Origin: Candidatus Haiyanarchaeum thermophilum
GTDB lineage: Archaea; Nanobdellota; Nanobdellia; JAPDLS01; Haiyanarchaeaceae
DNA length: 64,000 nt
Reading direction: 5' to 3'
Assembly: GCA_025920425.1 (NCBI GenBank)
Contig: JAPDLS010000001.1
Location: 227,449 to 291,448, forward strand
Shown here: piece after piece, positions 29,133 to 38,255 of the stretch
Layout of the letters: the number at the start of each line of letters is the position of its first letter
How positions within the stretch are numbered: the first letter of the stretch is position 1
The notes under the pieces: generated by a model
Told to the model about the DNA's origin: nothing
Seen by the model: the letters and a program-made list of their open reading frames with translations, nothing else
Database searches by the model: none
Position numbers and translations under genes: made by a program

Positions 29133-31076
29133 ATGAAGGTAATCCCATCTATTTGTCCTTACTGTGGATGTGGATGCGCTCTAACTTTTAAGATAAAAGA
29201 TTCTGAAATAGAAGTGCTTCATAATCCAGAAGATGAGGTAAGTAAGGGTAAACCATGTGTGAAGGGGCTTACTTGTGCTGAACCTATTTTCGTAGAGAGA
29301 ATAAAGAACCCTATGATCAGGAGAAGTAAGCAGGCGAAATTTAAGGAGGTAAGTTGGACTGAAGCACTTGAGTTTATTAGAAAGGAAATAGAGAAATATA
29401 GTGGGGAGGAAATAGCCATTACTGGTTCTGGAGAACTTACTAATGAAGATAATTATGTTATTCAGAAGTTTGCTAGGACAGTACTTCATACAAATAATAT
29501 AGACACTACCGCAAGACTCTGTCATGCGCCCACTCTGTACGCACTTTACCAGAGCTTCGGAATCACTACAAGCCCCAATTTTCTAGAGGATATCGGCGAA
29601 TGTGACTGCGTTCTCCTCGTAGGTACTAATCCTAGGTCAAATTATCCTGTAGCCTTCAATCGGCTGATGGATGCCAAATACAAGAGAGGGGCAAAAATTA
29701 TCTCAGTGCAGACAATCTTCAACCTAACCTCTGAGTATTCGGATCTCGCTATTTGTCTTAAACCCAACACAGAAGTAGCACTTTTCAATTGCATCCTAAA
29801 TTATTTAATCGAATTCGATTTGATCGAGGAGAAGGTAAAGCGTATAGAAAATTTCGAGAGACTCAAGCAAACAGTTTCCTCCTATACCTTAGAGAGGACT
29901 TCATATATCTGCGGATTGGAAAAGGAGATTCTACAAAGGATTTGTGAGATGATTGGAAGTGCTGAGAAATTTGGAATAATGCATGGAATGGGCCTTACCC
30001 AACACATCTTTGGGGTGGAGAACGTGCTTTCCCTTCTCAATTTAGCCATAGCGAAGAATGCCTACCTGCTTTCCCTTAGAGGAAAAGTAAACATTCAGGG
30101 GGCTGGAGATATGGGATGCTTCCCAAACCTTCAGGACTTTTGGAGTAAAGAGGATATAAATCGTTTGCAACAGTTATGGGGAGTTGAGCTTCCTAAGAGG
30201 ATAGGTAAAACCCTCACTGAGACATTCATCTCGGATCCAGTTAAATTTTACTATATTATAGCCATGGATCCTGCTAAATCTTTACCCTATCTGAATGAGG
30301 TGCATCGCAATTTGAACAGGATGTTCATAGTACTCCAACACCACTACACTACTTATACTATGAAATTTGCGAATGTGCTCCTACCAAGTTGTAGTTTACT
30401 TGAGAAAGAAGGTACAATCACAAATGCTGAGGGAAGGGTAAGGTATGTGAGGAGAGTTATTTCTCCATTGCATTCCTCCATGCAGGATTGGAAGATCCTA
30501 GTTTCATTGGCTCAGTTACTGGAAGTTGAGAAAATCTTCCCCTACGAGGAGGAAATCGACATTTTTGAAGAGATCACTGAGGTAATTCCATCCTATAGAC
30601 ATCTGAGGGCTAAGGAGATATATTCTGGCTTCGATGGCTTCACCCAAAAGGCTCCGAAGTTCTTTAGATTTAACCCAGTAGAATTTAGAGGGTTTGAGGA
30701 AACAACTGATAGGAAGTTTAATTTTATGCTCATCACTGCTAGACAACCTTACCACTTCTGTACAGGAGAAGCCACCCTCAGGTCCAAAACTTTGAAAAAA
30801 TTCTTGGATAAGGGTTTCTGCTATTTAAATCCATTCGATGCAAGAGATCTTGGAATCTTGGATGGGGATCTCATAGAGCTAGAATCAAGAGCAGGTAAAC
30901 TCAAGGCTCAAGTGAAAATTGATCCTAGGGTAACCCAAGGAATAGTTGTAGCCCCATTCTTCGATGATGAGCTTCTAGTAAATAAATTGATTCCCCTCTC
31001 CTTTGATCCTCATACTAAAACCCCTAATTATAAAAACGTTGCTGTGAGGATTAGAAAATTATCGAAGAGGAAATAG
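29133..31076 (+). CDS. molybdopterin (bis-MGD) oxidoreductase catalytic subunit, formate dehydrogenase-like
   Basis: 647 aa. N-terminal 4Fe-4S motif CPYCGCGCAL...KGKPCVKG, MopB domains, C-terminal molybdopterin dinucleotide-binding beta-barrel (GDLIELESRAGKL...V). Confidence 0.8.
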   Translation: MKVIPSICPYCGCGCALTFKIKDSEIEVLHNPEDEVSKGKPCVKGLTCAEPIFVERIKNPMIRRSKQAKFKEVSWTEALEFIRKEIEKYSGEEIAITGSGELTNEDNYVIQKFARTVLHTNNIDTTARLCHAPTLYALYQSFGITTSPNFLEDIGECDCVLLVGTNPRSNYPVAFNRLMDAKYKRGAKIISVQTIFNLTSEYSDLAICLKPNTEVALFNCILNYLIEFDLIEEKVKRIENFERLKQTVSSYTLERTSYICGLEKEILQRICEMIGSAEKFGIMHGMGLTQHIFGVENVLSLLNLAIAKNAYLLSLRGKVNIQGAGDMGCFPNLQDFWSKEDINRLQQLWGVELPKRIGKTLTETFISDPVKFYYIIAMDPAKSLPYLNEVHRNLNRMFIVLQHHYTTYTMKFANVLLPSCSLLEKEGTITNAEGRVRYVRRVISPLHSSMQDWKILVSLAQLLEVEKIFPYEEEIDIFEEITEVIPSYRHLRAKEIYSGFDGFTQKAPKFFRFNPVEFRGFEETTDRKFNFMLITARQPYHFCTGEATLRSKTLKKFLDKGFCYLNPFDARDLGILDGDLIELESRAGKLKAQVKIDPRVTQGIVVAPFFDDELLVNKLIPLSFDPHTKTPNYKNVAVRIRKLSKRK

Positions 31077-31096
31077 GATAAAATAATAAAACTCGA

Positions 31097-32392
31097 ATGT
31101 ATGGGAGAAGTATGAAGCCTAGCGATATTATTAGATATTATAAGAAGGCAGAGGTGAAGGAAAAGATAATAAAGGTAGCTAAGGATAGAGAGGTTGTACC
31201 TCTTCTCCTCACAGGGGAATTTGGGACAAGACCTCAAGCGATATTGTTTGAGAGGGATTATGATGAGTTAATAAAGGAAGGGGTAGCTAGTCTTCACATG
31301 AGCATTGAGAGATGGAGAAATCCTATGCTCCTGAAGAGCGAAATGAAAAGATCTGAACTTGATGAGCTCAGAATAGGCTGGGATCTCATAATAGATATCG
31401 ATGCAAAGGCCTTTGAGTTCTCAAAGCTTTGTGCTCCTTTAGTCATTGAAGCCCTAGAGCTTCATGGGGTGAAGGACATATTTGTGAAGTTCTCTGGAAG
31501 AAATGGATTTCACATCGCAGTCCCATTTGAGACATTCCCACACAGAGTAGGAGAAAAACTTGTGGATCGAATGTTTCCTGAAGCTGCTAGGATAATTGTC
31601 GCCTACCTTAAACAGATGATCGAAAAGCATCTGGCTGAGGAACTCCAGACAAATTTCTCCCTCGAGGAATTGTGTAGGCTTTCCAATTTAAAAATGGAAG
31701 AACTAATAGATGAAGAACTTGGGATAAATCCTTATAAATTAGTGGATATAGATCCAGTAGCTATCTCCTCTAGGCACTTAGTGAGATGCCCATATTCCCT
31801 TCATGAAAAGACTTGGTTGATCAGTATACCTATAGACAAACGTAAAATTCTAAGCTTCTCTAAGGAAGAGGCCAAACCATTCCAAGTTTCATTTGAAGGG
31901 GACTTCTTAAGTAGGGAGGATTATGAATTATACAGCGCTAGGGAGCTGTTCCTCCAAGCCTTCGATTGGGCTGCAAGGCATGAAGTGGAGGAGAGAGTCT
32001 CTAGGCAGATTGGGGAAAGATTCGAGTTACCAAAACAGGCAATTCCTGAACAATTTTTCCCTCCATGTATAAAAAGTATCTTGAGAGGTGTGAGCGACGG
32101 AAGGAAGAGGTCTATATTTATCCTCATCAACTTCCTGCGCCTTATGGGTTATGATTGGAATTCTGTGGAGAAGATAATTTGGGAGTGGAATAAGAGAAAT
32201 GTGGAGCCCCTGCGGGATTCCTATATAAACTCTCAACTCAACTGGCATAAGAAGTTGAGGGAAGTGTATACTCCTCCGAATTGTGATCACGAGAACTATT
32301 ATCGTAACATGGGAGTATGTGCTCCTGATGAACTTTGTAAAAAAATAAAAAACCCGCTTACCTATGCATTAAGGAGATACAGAAAGGGTTAA
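31097..32392 (+). CDS. priS: DNA primase, PriS catalytic domain fused to a PriL-CTD-like 4Fe-4S domain
   Basis: 431 aa. AEP motifs GWDLIIDIDAKAFEF (DxD) and FSGRNGFHIAVPF. C-terminal ~120 aa has the FFPPCIKSILRG (p58C-like PPCM) motif plus three further Cys (NCDHE...GVCAPDELC), giving a 4-Cys cluster. Confidence 0.7.
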   Translation: MYGRSMKPSDIIRYYKKAEVKEKIIKVAKDREVVPLLLTGEFGTRPQAILFERDYDELIKEGVASLHMSIERWRNPMLLKSEMKRSELDELRIGWDLIIDIDAKAFEFSKLCAPLVIEALELHGVKDIFVKFSGRNGFHIAVPFETFPHRVGEKLVDRMFPEAARIIVAYLKQMIEKHLAEELQTNFSLEELCRLSNLKMEELIDEELGINPYKLVDIDPVAISSRHLVRCPYSLHEKTWLISIPIDKRKILSFSKEEAKPFQVSFEGDFLSREDYELYSARELFLQAFDWAARHEVEERVSRQIGERFELPKQAIPEQFFPPCIKSILRGVSDGRKRSIFILINFLRLMGYDWNSVEKIIWEWNKRNVEPLRDSYINSQLNWHKKLREVYTPPNCDHENYYRNMGVCAPDELCKKIKNPLTYALRRYRKG

Positions 32393-32393
32393 G

Positions 32394-32990
32394 ATGGAAG
32401 AGGAGATATTAACTTACGAAGATATTCGAAAGGTCTTTAGGAAGGAGAAAGAGGAGAATAGTCTGGTAAAGGTAGAGGAAGATTTCCTTAAGAAAGTATC
32501 TATTTATCTTAGCGAGAAGCGAAGACTCCTAGAAGAGGCTAGGAAAGAAGAAGGGAAACTCTCGAGGGAGATGGCGGAAAAGCTAGAGCTGGAAATAAAA
32601 CATGCACTTTCAGCTCTCGAGAAGTGGTACAACCTGCGGGAGAGGAAGATATTAGATCTTGCCCTAGTGGGAGTTAAAACGAGAAATGTTGATCTCAGCA
32701 AGTTGCTTGCAGATGAGAGGGAACTTTTTGAGAAGCTTGTGGAGATCCTAAGGGAGTATAGGGAAAGATTTAAGAACTTATTCCAAACCCAGCCAAAGCC
32801 GAAGAAGCCACATTCTGATAAGCAGCTCGTAAGGGTAATAGAAAAAATAGATAAATTTTTATGGACTGATGGAAATACTTACGGACCATATGAGGAGGGG
32901 GAAGTAGCAAACCTCCCAAAGGAAATAGCTCAACATCTGATTGAGTTAGGAAAGGTGGAGGAGGTGAAGGTGGAAGATGAAGAAAGTTAA
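32394..32990 (+). CDS. putative GINS subunit (Gins51/Gins15-like)
   Basis: 198 aa. Helical A-domain followed by a small C-terminal beta domain. Position immediately downstream of priS matches the conserved priS-gins15 neighbourhood in archaea. Sequence similarity judged only by architecture. Confidence 0.4.
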   Translation: MEEEILTYEDIRKVFRKEKEENSLVKVEEDFLKKVSIYLSEKRRLLEEARKEEGKLSREMAEKLELEIKHALSALEKWYNLRERKILDLALVGVKTRNVDLSKLLADERELFEKLVEILREYRERFKNLFQTQPKPKKPHSDKQLVRVIEKIDKFLWTDGNTYGPYEEGEVANLPKEIAQHLIELGKVEEVKVEDEES

Positions 32991-33273
32991 AGAGGTGAGA
33001 AGGTATTGCAAGTATTGCAGAAAACATACTCTCCACAAGGTAAGTCAGCTCAAGCTTACTAGAAAGAGAGGAGCACTCAAGTTAAGCAGTAGGAAATTCG
33101 AGAGAATCATGAAAGGGTATGGAGGCTTTCCTAGGCCAAAAACTATGAAGAGCTCTAGACATGGGGTAAAGACTACAAAGAGAGTTACTCTCCTCTACAA
33201 GTGCTCTGAATGTAATAGGATCACTCCCTCCATTGGAATCAAGGCTAAAAAATTCAGCTTCGTTGAAAAATGA
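32977..33273 (+). CDS. rpl44e: 50S ribosomal protein L44e
   Basis: 98 aa. MKKVKEVRRYCKYCRKHTLHKV... and C-terminal CSEC Zn ribbon. Confidence 0.8.
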   Translation: MKKVKEVRRYCKYCRKHTLHKVSQLKLTRKRGALKLSSRKFERIMKGYGGFPRPKTMKSSRHGVKTTKRVTLLYKCSECNRITPSIGIKAKKFSFVEK

Positions 33274-33436
33274 CGAGCAAATTTTTAAGAGTACGCTGTC
33301 CTAAGTGCAAAAGTGAGCAGATCATTTTCGGGAAGGCCAGTATGGTAGTGAAGTGTCTGGTGTGCAATAGGAAATTGGCTACCCCTACAGGAGGCAAAGT
33401 AAAGGTGCATGCTAAGATCTTGGAGGTGCTTTCTTA
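33270..33436 (+). CDS. rps27e: 30S ribosomal protein S27e (manually found, not in ORF track)
   Basis: ATGA overlap with the L44e stop. Translation MTSKFLRVRCPKCKSEQIIFGKASMVVKCLVCNRKLATPTGGKVKVHAKILEVLS is the S27e C4 Zn-finger family. Confidence 0.75.
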
Positions 33437-33439
33437 GAT

Positions 33440-34234
33440 ATGTTCTATAAGAAAGAGGGACTTCCAAAGCTGGATGAACTTGTAATTTGCAAAGTAAGTA
33501 GAATCACTCCACATACGGCATTCGTTACATTAGAAGAATATAGAGATAAAGAGGCTATGCTCCACATCTCTGAGGTTTCATCTAAATGGGTAAGTGATAT
33601 TCGGGAAATACTAAAGGAGGGAAAACTTATCGTGTGCAAAGTGCTGAAGGTAGATGAAAAGACAGGATTCATAGACGTTTCCTTGAAGAGAGTGAGTAGG
33701 ACTGAAGAGCTCATTAAGAGAGATGAATGGAAGAACGAGAATCGTGTTGAGAAAATGCTGGAAGCAGCAGCTTCCAAGATCAACTCAAGCCTAGAGGAGG
33801 CATATAATGCTATTGGTTATAAGATCCTCAAAAAATATGGAAGCTTGAGAGCAATAATTCCAGAAATTGCTGAAAGAGGGGAAGAAGCCTTGAGGGAACT
33901 TGGAGTTGATGAGAAATGGATAGGGAGTTTCATGGATGTAATAGAGGATTATCTTAAGAGTTCTAAGGTTTCCATTTCAGTGCTCTTGACCTTAAAAAGC
34001 TTCGATGGAGATGGTGTAGTTAAGATAAGAAATCTATTTGATGAGATAAGTAAGAAGTGTAGACGAAGTAGGATGGAATTTACCTTCTCCTACTTTGGGG
34101 CTCCGAGGTACAGGATTAAACTTACCTCCAATAATTACAAGCAAATAGAGAAGTTCCTCTCTTCCCTTTCAGCTGAGCTTCAAAACTTATCCAAGAAGTA
34201 TGGACTTGAGATCGAGATGAAGAGGGAGGAATGA
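33440..34234 (+). CDS. eif2a: translation initiation factor 2 alpha subunit
   Basis: 264 aa. N-terminal S1 domain, central helical and C-terminal alpha-beta domains. Conserved L44e-S27e-eIF2a-Nop10 cluster. Confidence 0.85.
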   Translation: MFYKKEGLPKLDELVICKVSRITPHTAFVTLEEYRDKEAMLHISEVSSKWVSDIREILKEGKLIVCKVLKVDEKTGFIDVSLKRVSRTEELIKRDEWKNENRVEKMLEAAASKINSSLEEAYNAIGYKILKKYGSLRAIIPEIAERGEEALRELGVDEKWIGSFMDVIEDYLKSSKVSISVLLTLKSFDGDGVVKIRNLFDEISKKCRRSRMEFTFSYFGAPRYRIKLTSNNYKQIEKFLSSLSAELQNLSKKYGLEIEMKREE

Positions 34235-34371
34235 AGACAAAAATTTTATATTGTGAAAATTGTAGGATTTATACATTAAAGCCCATATGCAAGTTGTGTG
34301 GGGGAAAGACTGTTGAGAGAAAACCGATGAGATTTTCCCTCCAAGATAAATACCTGAAGTATAGAAAATGA
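34231..34371 (+). CDS. nop10: H/ACA RNP protein Nop10 (manually found)
   Basis: ATGA overlap with eif2a. MKTKILYCENCRIYTLKPICKLCGGKTVERKPMRFSLQDKYLKYRK is the Nop10 Zn ribbon. ATGA overlap again with the next gene. Confidence 0.7.
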   Translation: MKTKILYCENCRIYTLKPICKLCGGKTVERKPMRFSLQDKYLKYRK

Positions 34372-35132
34372 AATTTTTGATCAAAAAATTCGAGAAAGAA
34401 GTGAAGCTAAATGACCCTCTCCTAATTGAGGGTCTGCCAGGAATAGGAAATGTAGCTAGAATAGCTGTCTCTTATCTAATCAATAAGTTGAATGCTAGAC
34501 CATATCTCTCCATTTATTCCTACATCTCTCCGAATTCCGTATTCGTAAATGAGGATGCCACAATAGAGCTGCCAAAGATAGATTTCTACTATTACAAGAA
34601 TAAGAAAGGAAGGGACATTGTATTTGTATCTGGAGATTACCAACCTGGGAGGGAGGACTACAGTTATCTCCTTGCCGAAAAGATTCTTGACATAGCAGAG
34701 GAACTCAATGTGAAGGAAATAATCACACTGGGGGGCTTTCCAGTAATCGGAGAGTTAAATAAAGTAAGAGTCTATGGGGCAATTACTACCAAAGAATACA
34801 TAAAAGATTTCTCGAAGTTGGGAGTAATCTTCGATGGTTCTGGTGTGAACTTGATTATAGGAGCTGCAGGCCTTCTCCTTGGATTAGGAAAGTTAAGGGG
34901 AATGAAGGGAATTAGTCTCCTCGCAGAGACTAAGACTATGCCTGAATATGCTGGAATAAAAAGCAGTAGGGAAATACTGAGAATCTTGAATGATTATCTA
35001 AATCTTGGACTTTCCCTACAGGATCTAGACAAGGAAATAGAGAGGATGGAAAGTAGGAAAATAGAGAGAAAAAGGACTAGAAGAAAAGCTCTTACCGAAC
35101 CTAAAGTAGAGGAGACGAGATACATTGGATAG
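34368..35132 (+). CDS. PAC2-family protein (proteasome assembly chaperone-like, ATP-grasp-like fold)
   Basis: 254 aa. LIEGLPGIGNVARIA...FVSGDYQP pattern of the archaeal PAC2 family. Conserved position after nop10. Confidence 0.55.
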   Translation: MKFLIKKFEKEVKLNDPLLIEGLPGIGNVARIAVSYLINKLNARPYLSIYSYISPNSVFVNEDATIELPKIDFYYYKNKKGRDIVFVSGDYQPGREDYSYLLAEKILDIAEELNVKEIITLGGFPVIGELNKVRVYGAITTKEYIKDFSKLGVIFDGSGVNLIIGAAGLLLGLGKLRGMKGISLLAETKTMPEYAGIKSSREILRILNDYLNLGLSLQDLDKEIERMESRKIERKRTRRKALTEPKVEETRYIG

Positions 35133-35134
35133 TT

Positions 35135-36400
35135 ATGAGGGTAATCTCTGACTTCCACATTCACTCATTCTGGAGTAGGGCTACGAGCAAGGAAATGAAT
35201 TTAGACGGGATAGCTGCCGGAGCGAGAGTGAAAGGATTAAATCTTGTGGGTACTGGAGATTTTACACATCCTAAGTGGTTATCTGAGCTGAAGGAAAAAC
35301 TTGAGCCCATTCCTGAGAATGGAGTGTTTCGTTACCAGGGCGTTTTTTTCACGCTTACCACAGAAGTAGCTACATACTTTACCTTTCTGGGAAGATGGAG
35401 GAGGATTCATCATGTGATTCATGCCCCCTCTTTTGAGATCGTAGCCCAAATCAATGAATCCCTTTCCAAATATGGGGACCTCAGTGCTGATGGCAGGCCA
35501 ATTTTGAGGATGAGTGCTCCAGAACTTGTAGAGACACTAATGGAGATAAGTCCAGATATTCTCATCTACCCTGCGCACGCTTGGACTCCATGGATGTCAT
35601 GCTTCGGAAGCCGCTCAGGATTCGATTCTCTAGAAGAATGCTATCAAGATCAGGTAAAGCACATATCTGCCTTAGAAACAGGACTCTCCAGTGATCCTCC
35701 AATGAACTGGAGATTGAGCTCCTTAGATAGATTCACTTTGCTTAGCAACAGCGATAGTCACTCTCCCCATCCATGGAGACTCGGAAGAGAAGCCAATGTA
35801 TTTGAACTCAAAGAGATCGATTACTGGGAGATCTTGGAAGTGATAAGACGTAAAGATAGGGAAAGATTTTTATATACGATTGAGGTGGATCCCAATTACG
35901 GAAAGTATCATTTCGATGGACACAGGAATTGCAAGATAAGCTTACATCCTATCGATGCCATTAAGCTGGGTAATATCTGCCCAAAGTGTGGAAAAAAATT
36001 GACTGTTGGAGTACTACATAGAGTTGAGGAACTAGCCGATAGGGAGGAAGGATTTATTCCAGAAAATGCCATTCCATTTAAGACGTTGCTTCCTCTCTAT
36101 GAAATCATTTCCTCAGTTTTGGGGATAGGTGAACTTTACTCTCAAAGGGTGCTGGAAGAGCATAATAAACTGATTAACAAATTTCAAAACGAATTGGATG
36201 TGCTTCTAATGGTCCCAAAAGAGAAACTACTTGAGGTCACAAGTAAGGAAATTGCAGATGCAATAATAAAAGTAAGGGAAAGAAAAGTAAAATATATTCC
36301 CGGCTACGATGGAGTCTATGGTAGGCCTATCTTCGATGAAAGTTTCGAAGTAAGTAAAATAAACTTCTACCCATTCCAACGACGTTTAGATCAATTCTAG
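35135..36400 (+). CDS. PHP-domain phosphoesterase with Zn ribbon (COG1379-like)
   Basis: 421 aa. N-terminal DFHIHSFWS (PHP His motif), further His clusters, CPKCGKKL Zn ribbon, C-terminal helical region. Confidence 0.5.
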   Translation: MRVISDFHIHSFWSRATSKEMNLDGIAAGARVKGLNLVGTGDFTHPKWLSELKEKLEPIPENGVFRYQGVFFTLTTEVATYFTFLGRWRRIHHVIHAPSFEIVAQINESLSKYGDLSADGRPILRMSAPELVETLMEISPDILIYPAHAWTPWMSCFGSRSGFDSLEECYQDQVKHISALETGLSSDPPMNWRLSSLDRFTLLSNSDSHSPHPWRLGREANVFELKEIDYWEILEVIRRKDRERFLYTIEVDPNYGKYHFDGHRNCKISLHPIDAIKLGNICPKCGKKLTVGVLHRVEELADREEGFIPENAIPFKTLLPLYEIISSVLGIGELYSQRVLEEHNKLINKFQNELDVLLMVPKEKLLEVTSKEIADAIIKVRERKVKYIPGYDGVYGRPIFDESFEVSKINFYPFQRRLDQF

Positions 36401-36423
36401 AATTGATAAAAATTAAAGAAGGA

Positions 36424-37320
36424 TTAAGCTGCACCTATAGCTGTAAATGTAATGGTAGGTATATTGATTACGTATCCATATTTTACACTTAGTAGTATTT
36501 CATCTCTGAAAGCAGTAGGTTGTGTGAGCTTTTCAGGCCTTACATTTATAGTGAGGTAAACATCTAACCTGTTAGCTTCTAATTTCAATAGGCTTGGATC
36601 TGTCACTTGAAGCACGTAGAAATTATCTTGTAGTGTGGCATTAACTTCTTTCATCTTTATCTTAGCCGAAAATCCTGTGATCAACTCTTTGCTTATCTTG
36701 ATCACTAATTCAGTAAGAGTTGAATCGGGAGTCACACTTACATTTGAGGAACTTACAAAGCCATTCAGCTCATTTTTAATGGTGAGTGTAGGTTTAAATG
36801 AGGTAGTGGTGATGACATCCTTTATTCCACTCATCGTAATGGTAAGTGGACCATCTTCTACATAGGATCTAGGAGTAATTCCAGTTGCGTACTCGCTTTT
36901 GTTGGCTAATACAAACTCATAGCTAGCCTCTTGCAGATAATTGAACTTAAGCTTTCCAACGATTGAATAACTCTTGTTTTCCCTGGCAGAAGATAAGAGT
37001 GAAAACTGGGCGGTAATAGTAGTAGTATCCCCAGCTGGGATAGTCCCAATTTGCAAATATGGATCTTGAATTGATACTGTCACGTCTGGTGAGCTTATAT
37101 AGGCTTCTACATCATCTATGTTTTTAGGATATCCATTCTTTATCTCTAAGCTATATTCTGCTGTCTCACCTATAATTATGCTACTAGGCGCACTTGGTCT
37201 TACTGTTACTTTTAGTGTTACCGGAGGCTGGATTGTGGGAGGCCACCAACCCTGCTGAATGCATCCTAGAGAAAGTAGGAGTAGTGTTAGACTCGCAAAC
37301 AAGAGGATCTCTTTTTTCAT
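36424..37320 (-). CDS. putative lipoprotein, paralogue family A (gene 5 of surface operon)
   Basis: 298 aa. Signal plus LLLSLGC|I. IGETAEYSLEIKNGYPKNIDDVEAYISSPDVTVS and IKNELNG shared with gene 4. Confidence 0.4.
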   Translation of the reverse strand: MKKEILLFASLTLLLLSLGCIQQGWWPPTIQPPVTLKVTVRPSAPSSIIIGETAEYSLEIKNGYPKNIDDVEAYISSPDVTVSIQDPYLQIGTIPAGDTTTITAQFSLLSSARENKSYSIVGKLKFNYLQEASYEFVLANKSEYATGITPRSYVEDGPLTITMSGIKDVITTTSFKPTLTIKNELNGFVSSSNVSVTPDSTLTELVIKISKELITGFSAKIKMKEVNATLQDNFYVLQVTDPSLLKLEANRLDVYLTINVRPEKLTQPTAFRDEILLSVKYGYVINIPTITFTAIGAA

Positions 37321-37367
37321 TTTCCGCTCTTTAATTCGTAGAAGCTTTGGCTTTTTAAAATTTATCC

Positions 37368-38255
37368 TCAGTAAGAGGTAAATGTGAATGCAGGAGCTTC
37401 AACACAGTAAGTATAATTTAATCCAAAGTAAACTGGAAAACTAATGAAATTTACACTCTTCAACATCTCTAGAATCTCTTCCCTTAAGGAGATGTATGCT
37501 CTAATTTCCTTACTTTCCTTCAATTGTAATAATAACCTATCACTCTCATTCTGATAACTTAATCTCACTCTTATATTTCCATCTATTACTTTCCCATACC
37601 TCTGGAAGGCATACAGGCTTGCAATTATATCATCTCTAGGTACCCTTATTTCAATCTCTTTTATTATAGAGTCACAAGGTTGACCCACTTCTTTAGAAGT
37701 AATCTCTCCGCTCAGTTCATTCTTCAATTTAATTGTGAAATTTATCTCATGGACAGGCGAAAATACATTTTCAATACCAATAAAGCTTACTGAAATTATT
37801 TCCTTATCTAAGCTAGAATGTGGCTTCGTGTTTACCATGCTGGGATCCGAGGCGATAATGATCTCATGATATCCTTCTACTTCTCTGTCTACGCATATCT
37901 TCCCATAGATCTTGTACTCCATGTTTGGATATGCTTTCGTATTCAAAGCACAGTTTACGTAACCTTCATTACTTGTACCAGAAATTAGGTCTCCCAGATC
38001 GATCCTCTGCTGGAGTAAGCTCACAGATATATCTGGACTGTAGAGGAATGCCCTCACGTTTTTCAAAGTTGCGGAGAAATTGTTAGTCACCTGTACTCTA
38101 AGCTCAAAGGTCTCCCCTCTTTTTACCCTCTTAGGCCCGTACATATAAACGCTAATTCCCCCATATATTGCTCCTCCACTTGGAGGGGATGGGGTAATTT
38201 GAATGCATCCCAATAGAATAAGAAGTATCAACAAAGATCCAAGCTCCTTCATCAT
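37368..38255 (-). CDS. putative lipoprotein, paralogue family A (gene 4 of surface operon)
   Basis: 295 aa. Signal plus LILLGC|I. Motif RGETFELRVQVTNNFSATLKNVRAFLYSPDISVS and KNELSGE align with gene 5. Confidence 0.4.
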   Translation of the reverse strand: MMKELGSLLILLILLGCIQITPSPPSGGAIYGGISVYMYGPKRVKRGETFELRVQVTNNFSATLKNVRAFLYSPDISVSLLQQRIDLGDLISGTSNEGYVNCALNTKAYPNMEYKIYGKICVDREVEGYHEIIIASDPSMVNTKPHSSLDKEIISVSFIGIENVFSPVHEINFTIKLKNELSGEITSKEVGQPCDSIIKEIEIRVPRDDIIASLYAFQRYGKVIDGNIRVRLSYQNESDRLLLQLKESKEIRAYISLREEILEMLKSVNFISFPVYFGLNYTYCVEAPAFTFTSY

